From: Eledone cirrhosa
Taxonomy: Eukaryota
Direction: 5' to 3'
NCBI GenBank assembly: GCA_964016885.1
Contig: OZ024745.1
Coordinates: 86,304,001 to 86,368,000 of the forward strand
Length of the DNA stretch: 64,000 nucleotides
The position numbers and the translations under genes are program-made. Under the pieces are notes generated by a model. That model saw only the letters and a program-made list of their open reading frames with translations. It had not been told where the DNA came from and made no database searches. This document shows, in pieces, positions 53,188-64,000 of this stretch (positions within the stretch are counted from its first letter, which is position 1; every line of letters starts with the position of its first letter).

Positions 53188-55002
53188 TCCATTGCTAAGG
53201 TTACTACATTCAACTATTCTATGCGGGGAGCTATGAGGCTTACTATTACTGTTACTTAGTCCATTGGTATCCTGATGGTTCATTTTACTGGTATTCCTAA
53301 CCTCTAGTATCAATGGACATATTATGTGTTATAACAACACTGGTAGAGCTACTATTTGGACTACTATTTCCCTGGGCATAATGGAATTTGTCCCTAAATC
53401 CGGATTTAGCTAAGGCATCATTATAATAATCAGCCTGCGAGTTAAACGCCTCTTCGCTATGCGAGAGTGAACTTATTCTGTTAGAGACCCCCTTCAATAT
53501 ACTACTGATGACCGACTTAGGGTGGTTAGAGTTAGTATTCACATAAGTCAGCAATTCATTAGGCTTATGGTACGGTGTGTACGTATGGTTACCTAAGTCT
53601 AATGTAAGATCAAGAAAGTTGACAGTTCTATCATTTATATCCATAGTAATGGACAGATTAAAGGTTTTAAAGAATTTATACAGCTTTTTCCTAATGCTCA
53701 CTATATTCTACTTGCTAACATCTATGGAGAGTAGGGCATCATCGCGGTACAACCCACCTCTAAGGAAGGGGAAGTTACTATGTAGTTCAGTAAGGAGGTA
53801 GAGCCCAACTAAGTCAGTGACCTGAGCAGAATCACTTGACCCCATAGTAATGTCAAAATTATCCGGTGTGTTTTTTCTCGTCCATAAAGTATCCTCAAAC
53901 ATAATGAGTCTTACGTGCAGCGAGAACGATATCTATCTGTGGCCGTGTAAGGTTCCCTTTCTGCATGGCTAGGATAAGGGCCTTATTGAGGATGATAGGA
54001 GATATAGATGTATAATAAGCATCAATATCAAATTGGATAAACCTAAGCGAGTCACACTTACAATCCGTAGAAAACCACTTAATGACTTCACTAGTACTAC
54101 CCCATAGCTCAAGGAATGTTTTTTCTTTAACTAAGGGAATTACGCTATCTCTTACTTATAATCCCCAGATCAGACTTAGAGGGGCAGATAAGCCTAACTG
54201 AAGGGTTACTAATAAAGTTTTCCTTATGGTCCTTAAGGGTGAATCTAGGCTGTTTGGGGTAATATGGTTGAGTGTGTTTATCCAAACGTAATTTTACTAC
54301 TATGTTATACCCCGCTAGATTAATATTATCTAAATTACTCTGCGTTGTTTTTTTGTAGTTCCTATGTAGTTCATTATAAATGAAACTACGATAAGTTTTA
54401 TAATCCATACTATACAAGTTTTTAGTTTTGTCAGAAGGGACTAGAATAGATTTATTATCTTTAAAGTCCTTAACGATAGAATCGAGTTTACTCTGAAACT
54501 TATTGGTACATCTAGATTTTTTATACCTAATATTCCTAACAAGGGATAACAGCTCACTTTCGAAATTATCCAATAGGCTATTGTGTGGGGGGCTCCTATA
54601 TGTCTTAAAACCATAATTATTAAAACTACACTTATCATTAGGGTTATCATACTTCTTATCAAAATGGAACGCACGCCACCGAACACGTTTTACAAAGGAA
54701 TTTATGCTAGTTATAAGTAATTTCTCATATGAAATTTTAGAAGGGGTGGGAATATTCTTCAAAGAAATGGGTAGGTATGTCTTTGTTAGCATACTGCCTG
54801 ATGATATACAAGAATATCAACTCGCGTATATCAAAGTTGAAGCTCAACCAGTGGGAGCCGTATAATATATAAAGGAGAAAATTGAGAGTGTGTAACACTC
54901 AACTTATCAGACAGGCAGTATATGGTTAGCTCAATGTCTGAAGACAGAGCCGTAATACAATTAACAACAAAGAGCGCTTAGAACATAGGTATATCTTTAA
55001 TT

Positions 55003-55046
55003 GCTGACAATGTTTCGTCCACACTAAAAGTGGGACTCTTCAGAGC
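55003..55046 (-). ncRNA. Minimal hammerhead in Penelope 5' pseudo-LTR
   Basis: Same motif as 49706-49749. Confidence 0.75.
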
Positions 55047-55675
55047 TTAAAGAGTAGATACAGAGTATAGAAGCATTAACAAATCCAAAACAGAAGAATA
55101 TAATGTGGGGATATCATAAGGTGGGAGGAATTTAAAGTATTGTTCATGTACAAGATAAGGATTAACGAATAAAGGATAAAAAATTAAAAAATAAAAAATA
55201 AAATCAAGCAAAAGATAGTGAATATGAGGAATATACTAATACTAATAAGGATACGGATCTAAAATGTTATCACTCACAGTTGGGTAGGGTTATATTATGA
55301 CCGGCAGTGATGTATATATATATACAAATATGTATATATATATGTATATATATATATACAAATATGTATATATATATGTATATCATAAAACATGTCTATA
55401 GAATCACAAGATAAAATATATACTATTTCCTCTCCCAATTAGCATAATTAACTATATAAAAAATCGAATAGACCAGGCTATAAGAATGAGGCTTCTATGA
55501 AAGAATCTCCGCCAAATAACCAAAACTAGCGCTTCGCGTCGGCCGTAGTGGAATATTTATCGAATATTTCGACAGCGTAATCGCCTAGATACAGTCAACT
55601 AAGCAGAATTAGGTTTAAAATAAACTAGGAGAAAATAGAATACATTTAAATACCTCGTCCGTGTTTTGAGTTTTA

Positions 55676-55812
55676 CAATAATTATGTAATAATTATATAA
55701 ACTCGAGCGCTGGATTCTTCAGGAAGCTCGCTCATATCTAGACATTAAATTTTCCAAAACGATCGCGCCAAGAATTCATTTCAAAATGGCTAAAAATCGT
55801 GATGTAGCCGTC

Positions 55813-55846
<34 letters not shown>

Positions 55847-56015
55847 GTATATATATGTATGTATATATATTTTTTCCAATAATTATGTAATAATTATATA
55901 AACTCGAGCGCTGGATTCTTCAGGAAGCTCGCTCATATCTAGACATTAAATTTTCCAAAACGATCGCGCCAAGAATTCATTTCAAAATGGCTAAAAATTG
56001 TGACGTAGCCGTCAT
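55676..56015. repeat. About 138-bp direct repeat, 2 copies separated by a TA tract
   Basis: caataattatgtaat...tagccgtc at about 55676-55812 and 55877-56013. Confidence 0.85.
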
Positions 56016-56615
56016 ATATATATATATATATGTATATATATGTATATATATGTATATATATATGCATATATATATATGTATGTATATATATATATATGTA
56101 TATATATGTATATATATATATATGTATATATATGTATATATATATATATGTATATATATGTATATATATGTATATATATGTATATGTATATGTATATATA
56201 TGTATATGTATATATATGTATATGTATATATATATATGTATATATGTATATATATATATGTATATATATGTATATGTATATATATGTATATGTATATATA
56301 TATATATGTATATGTATATATATATATGTATATATATGTGTATATATATGTATATATATATATGTATATATATATGTATATATATATATATGTATATATA
56401 TATATGTATATATATATGTATATATATGTATGTATATATATGTATATATGTATGTATATATGTATATATATGTATGTATATATATGTATATATATATGTA
56501 TATATATGTATATATATATATATGTATATATATGTATATATATATATATGTATATATATGTATATATATATATATGTATATATATGTATATATATATATA
56601 TGTATATATATGTAT

Positions 56616-56649
<34 letters not shown>

Positions 56650-56794
56650 GTATATATATATATGTATGTATATATATATATGTATGTATATATATATATG
56701 TATGTATATATATATATGTATGTATATATATATATGTATGTATATATATATATGTATGTATATATATATATGTATGTATATATATATATGTATG

Positions 56795-56825
<31 letters not shown>

Positions 56826-57044
56826 GTATATATATGTATATATATATGTATATATATGTATGTATATATATATGTATATATATATGTATGTATATATATA
56901 TGTATATATATATGTATATATATATGTATGTATATATATATGTATATATGTATATATATGTATGTATATATGTATATATATGTATGTATATATATATATG
57001 TATATATATATATATGTATATATATATATGTATATATATATATG

Positions 57045-57091
<47 letters not shown>

Positions 57092-57204
57092 GTATATATA
57101 TACGTATGTATATATATATGTATATATATATATATGTATATATATATATGTATATATATACGTATATATATATATATGTATATATATATGTATATATATA
57201 TATG

Positions 57205-57253
<49 letters not shown>

Positions 57254-57376
57254 GTATATATATATATGTATATATGTATGTATATATATATATGTATATA
57301 TGTATGTATATATATATATGTATATATATGTATGTATATATATATATGTATATATATGTATGTATATATATATATG

Positions 57377-57414
<38 letters not shown>

Positions 57415-57809
57415 TATGTATATATATATATGTATATATATGTATGTATATATATATGTATGTATATATATATATGTATATATATATGTATATATATATG
57501 TATATATGTATATATATGTATGTATATATATATATATGTATATATATACGTATATATATATATATGTATATGTATGTATATATATATGTATATGTATGTA
57601 TATATATATGTATATGTATGTATATATATATGTATATGTATGTATATATATATGTATATGTATGTATATATATATGTATATGTATGTAATATATATGTAT
57701 ATATATGTATAATATATATACAAGTTTTGGAGTATTTTACTGAGTGCTTTTATATCAGTTATAAAATATTTACTCGTAACCCAACAATTTTAAATAAAAC
57801 TTTTGCATG

Positions 57810-57842
<33 letters not shown>

Positions 57843-57843
57843 T

Positions 57844-57874
<31 letters not shown>

Positions 57875-57876
57875 GT

Positions 57877-57877
<1 letters not shown>

Positions 57878-57907
<30 letters not shown>

Positions 57908-58775
57908 GGTTTAGCGTCCGTGTTCCACGCTTGCATGGGTTTGGACGGGGGTTTTCCCACTTGAGGCAAGAGTGGTTGTCTTGCTCGCATAGGACTGTCT
58001 GGCGGGTTTTCTACAGTTGGATGCCCTTCCTAACACCAACCACATTTACAGTGTGGGGCTGGGAGGTTTTTACCGTGTTGCCTACACGGCCACATTACAG
58101 CGTGGACTGTCTGGCGGGTTTTCTACAGCTGGATGCCCTTCCTAACACCAACCACATTTACAGTGTGGGGCTGGGAGGTTTTTACCGTGTTGCCTACACG
58201 GCCACATTTACAGCGTGGACTGTGTGTTTTTTGTCGTGACACCTAAACGATCTCATTTGTTTCGGCCTGGATGTTGTGGGACCAACATAACTTTACATTG
58301 AAAGGGGCGGTGTGGGTGGGGTGGAGGTGGTGGGACGGGGGTGTGTTTTGATAGAGATGCCTACTGACTGTAGTAGGTTTTTACTTTGTATTTAGGTAAG
58401 GCGGGTCTTCTCTATTACTGAGTACCGCCAAAGGTCTCGGTCCAGTGACATTGTCTTGGAGAGGTGTAAGCGTGTGAGGTCGGAATTTATCAGCTCGTCC
58501 CATGTTTTTCTGGGTCTGCCTACTCCGTGGCTACCGTCTATCTTTATTGCCCTGCACTTTGTTATACAGCTGTCGTCTTTCATGCGCATCACGTGACCGT
58601 ACCAACGTAGCCTTCTCTCGAGTAAACAACATCTGATCCCTCTTATTTCTAATTTTTTCCTTAGTTCGTTTATGCTTTGCCGTTCACGTATATTACTATT
58701 GCACATCCAGCGGAGCATGCAAGCTTCGTTCCTCTCTAGTCTGCGTATATATATCCTCTGCACACAATGCCCAGG
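57878..58775 (-). mobile_element. 5'-truncated RTE LINE, subfamily B, with internal 3'-UTR duplication
   Basis: ORF 58392-58763. About 110-bp duplication (57993-58105 and 58105-58215). Long (cat)n tail. Confidence 0.9.
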
Positions 58776-58783
58776 TCTCTCTC

Positions 58784-58824
<41 letters not shown>

Positions 58825-58828
58825 TATT

Positions 58829-58881
<53 letters not shown>

Positions 58882-58900
58882 GTATATATATATATGTATG

Positions 58901-58971
<71 letters not shown>

Positions 58972-59227
58972 TTCATTATACACAAACACACGCTCACCAT
59001 CCTTGGAACTTAACTTAACAAGCGGCTCAACCCCGATCTAATCCGCCATGACCTTTTTCCGAACTTTACATGTCTCTCCACCACTCCCCTACACACCTTT
59101 TGAACTCTCACTTGAAGAAGGGCTTATGCCCGAAACGTCGTCCCCCACCTACCCCCCACTCTCCTGAGCGTGAATTTAATAAACATTTGTCGTACTGCCT
59201 CTCTGTTCTGTCCCTGTTCAATTTTTC

Positions 59228-59268
<41 letters not shown>

Positions 59269-59639
59269 GTATATGTATATATATATGTATATGTATATAT
59301 ATGTATATATATATGTATATATATATGTATATATATGTATATATATGTATATATATATATGTATATATATGTATATATATATATATATATATGTGTATAT
59401 ATGTATATATATGTGTATATATGTATATATATATGTGTATATATGTATATATATATATATGTATATATATCTGTATATATATATGTATATGTATATGTAT
59501 GTATATATGTATATATATATATGTATATGTATATGTATGTATATATGTATATATATATATGTATATGTATATATATATGTATATATATATGTATATGTAT
59601 ATATATATGTATATATATATGTATATGTATATATATATG

Positions 59640-59680
<41 letters not shown>

Positions 59681-59728
59681 GTATATGTATATATATATGT
59701 ATATATATATATATATATATATGTATAT

Positions 59729-59761
<33 letters not shown>

Positions 59762-60069
59762 GTATATATATATATGTATATATATATATGTATATATATA
59801 TATGTATATATATATATGTATATATATATATGTATATATATGTATATGTATATATATATATGTATATATATATATGTATATATATATATGTATATATATA
59901 TGTATATATATATGTATATATATATGTATATATATATGTATATATATATGTATATATATATATGTATATATATATATGTATATGTATGTATATATGTATG
60001 TATATATATATGTATATATATGTATATATATAATATATGTATATGTATGTATATATATATATATATGTG

Positions 60070-60102
<33 letters not shown>

Positions 60103-60218
60103 GTATATATATATGTATGTATATATATATGTATATATTATATATGTATATATATGTATGTATATATATATGTATATATATATATGTATATGTATATATA
60201 TGTATGTATATATATATG

Positions 60219-60249
<31 letters not shown>

Positions 60250-60296
60250 GTATGTATATATATGTATATGTATATATATGTATGTATATATATATG

Positions 60297-60327
<31 letters not shown>

Positions 60328-60506
60328 GTATGTATATATATATATATGTATATATATATATGTATATATATGTATGTATATATATATGTATATATATGTA
60401 TGTATATATATGTATATATATGTATATATATATATATATATATGTATCTATATATATATATATATGTATATATATGTATATATATATATATATGTATATA
60501 TATATG

Positions 60507-60571
<65 letters not shown>

Positions 60572-60576
60572 GTATA

Positions 60577-60619
<43 letters not shown>

Positions 60620-60630
60620 GTATATATATG

Positions 60631-60683
<53 letters not shown>

Positions 60684-61028
60684 GTATATATATATGTATA
60701 TATATATGTATATATATATGTATATGTATATATATGTATATATATATATATATATGTATTATATATATGTGTATATATGTATATATATATATGTGTATAT
60801 ATGTATATATATATATATGTATATATATCTGTATATATATATGTATATGTATATGTATGTATATATGTATATATATATATATGTATATGTATATATATAT
60901 ATGTATATGTATATGTGTATATATGTATATATATATATATGTATATATATCTGTATATATATATGTATATGTATATGTATGTATATATGTATATATATAT
61001 ATATATGTATATGTATATATGTATATGT

Positions 61029-61075
<47 letters not shown>

Positions 61076-61380
61076 AATGTATATATATATATGTATATAT
61101 ATGTGTATATATGTATATATATATGTGTATATATATATATATGTATATATATATGTATATATATATATATGTATATATATATGTATATATATATGTATGT
61201 ATATATATATGTATATATATATATGTATATATATATGTATATATATATATATGTATATATATGTATATATATATAGATGTATATATATATATATATATAT
61301 ATATAGATGTATATATATAGATATATATATATATATATATACATATATATATACATATATATATATACATATATATATAG

Positions 61381-61411
<31 letters not shown>

Positions 61412-61485
61412 TATATACATAGTATATATATACATATATATATATACATATATATATACATATATATATATACATATATATATAC

Positions 61486-61518
<33 letters not shown>

Positions 61519-61582
61519 CATATATACATATATATATACATATATATATATACATATATATATACATATATATATATAGATG

Positions 61583-61619
<37 letters not shown>

Positions 61620-62097
61620 GTATATATATATATAGATGTATATATATAGATGTATATATATATGTATATATATATGTGTATATATATATGTATATATATA
61701 TATAGATGTATATATATGTATATATATATGTATATATATATGTATATATATATTATATGTATATATATATGTATATATATATATATATGTATATATATAT
61801 GTATGTATATATATATGTATATATATTGTATATATATATATATATGTATATATATATGTATATATATATATATATGTATATATATATGTATATATATATC
61901 GTCATGTATATATATATGTATATATATGTATATATATATATATATGTATATAGATATGTATATAGATATGTATATATATATTATATGTATATAGATATGT
62001 ATATAGATATGTATATATATATATAGATATGTATATATATATGTATATATATGTATGTATATATATATATGTATATATATGTATGTATATATATATG

Positions 62098-62135
<38 letters not shown>

Positions 62136-62213
62136 TGTATATGTATATATGTATGTATATATATATATGTATATATATATGTATATGTATATATGTATGT
62201 ATATTTATATATG

Positions 62214-62258
<45 letters not shown>

Positions 62259-62275
62259 GTATATATATATGTATG

Positions 62276-62306
<31 letters not shown>

Positions 62307-62311
62307 GTATG

Positions 62312-62358
<47 letters not shown>

Positions 62359-62601
62359 GTGTATATATATATATATGTATATATATGTATGTATATATAT
62401 ATGTATATATATATATATATGTATATATATGTATGTATATATATATGTATGTATATATGTATGTATATATATATGTATATATGTATATATATGTATGTAT
62501 ATATATATGTATATATATATATGTATATATATATATGTATATATATATATGTATATATATGTATGTATATATATATGTATATATATATATATGTATGTAT
62601 A

Positions 62602-62749
<148 letters not shown>

Positions 62750-62754
62750 TATAC

Positions 62755-62829
<75 letters not shown>

Positions 62830-62905
62830 CATATATATACATATATATGTATATATATATATATATATGTATATATATGTATATATATATATATATGTAT
62901 ATATA

Positions 62906-62938
<33 letters not shown>

Positions 62939-63027
62939 ATATATATGTATATATGTATATATATATGTATATATATATATGTATATATATGTATGTATGT
63001 ATATATATGTATGTATGTATATATATG

Positions 63028-63058
<31 letters not shown>

Positions 63059-63232
63059 GTATATATATGTATATATATGTATGTATGTATATATATGTAT
63101 GTATGTATATATATATATATACAAGTTTTGGAGTATTTTACTGAGTGCTTTTATATCAGTTATAAAATATTTACTCGTAACCCAACAATTTTAAATAAAA
63201 CTTTTGCATATATATATGTATATATATATATG

Positions 63233-63351
<119 letters not shown>

Positions 63352-63364
63352 TTATATATATATT

Positions 63365-63395
<31 letters not shown>

Positions 63396-63555
63396 ATATG
63401 TATATATATATTTCATTATACACAACACACGCTCACATGGCCTCCATCCTTGGAACTTAACTTAACAACCGGCTCAACCCCGATCTAATCCGCCGTGACC
63501 TTTTCCGAACTTTACATGTCTCTCCACCACTCCCCTACACACCTTTTGAACTCTC

Positions 63556-63588
63556 ACCTGAAGAAGGGCTTATGCCCGAAACGTCGTC
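63556..63588 (+). ncRNA. Minimal hammerhead-like motif (second copy 59110-59142 has a C3>T core change)
   Basis: ac-CTGAAGA-a-gggc-ttat-gccc-GAAAC-GTC^gt. Very short stems I and III. Lies in a module of about 260 bp repeated at 58971-59233 and 63411-63680. Confidence 0.55.
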
Positions 63589-63675
63589 CCCCAACTACCC
63601 CCCACTCTCCTGAGCGTGAATTTAATAAACATTTGTCGTACTGCCTCTCTGTTCTGTCCCTGTTCAATTTTTCAT

Positions 63676-63708
<33 letters not shown>

Positions 63709-64000
63709 GTATATATATATGTATATATATATGTATATGTATATATATATGTATATATATATATATGTATATATATGTATATATATATATATATATATGT
63801 GTATATATGTATATATATATATGTGTATATATGTATATATATATATGTGTATATATGTATATATATATATATGTATATATATCTGTATATGTATATGTAT
63901 ATGTATGTATATATGTATATATATATATGTATATGTATATATATATATGTATATGTATATGTATATATATATATATGTATATGTATATATATATGTATAT

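Larger units (their letters stand above)
49574..55306 (-). mobile_element. Penelope-like retroelement, near full-length but disrupted, with direct pseudo-LTRs
   Basis: ORFs 54145-54792 (SDKTKN, TLKDHK), 53708-53902 (MGSSDSA, YRDD), 53297-53701 (NFLD) and 52400-52885 (CNCRRASSC, IVY..YIGST GIY-YIG, CNLC, CPH). About 436-bp direct repeats at 49574-50009 and 54871-55306. Confidence 0.92.

Noticed and set aside
55700-55730. Minus-strand CTGAAGA in the 138-bp repeat as a hammerhead
   Set aside because: No properly placed GAAA or closing stem was found.

Overview
AT-rich, intron-rich animal genomic DNA. The repeat landscape (RTE LINEs with (ATG)n tails, Penelope-like elements, tRNA-derived SINEs, very long TA/TATG microsatellites) suggests a cephalopod such as Octopus; this is an inference. 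The window lies inside one + strand gene, a myoferlin/dysferlin-type ferlin. Thirteen phase-consistent GT-AG exons (6047-45792, 1628 nt, about 542 aa) cover the linker before C2E, C2E and C2F; the 5' exons and the final transmembrane exons lie outside the window. Three further in-frame candidate cassette exons sit in the linker intron. The introns contain RTE LINEs with a C4HC3 PHD-type finger inside the RT domain, two decayed GIY-YIG Penelope-like elements, several minimal hammerhead ribozyme motifs, SINEs, TTAA-flanked MITEs, a Helitron-like element and CRE-like remnants. The most notable observations are: (1) a 34-bp minisatellite built from a ferlin splice acceptor, giving about 19 decoy acceptors that each lead to a stop; (2) a TSD-flanked, non-coding hammerhead element whose fold-back junction lies 1 nt from the predicted self-cleavage site; (3) the PHD-in-RT LINE family; (4) an inverted LINE pair bracketing two in-frame exons. 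All coordinates were read by eye, so repeat boundaries are approximate.
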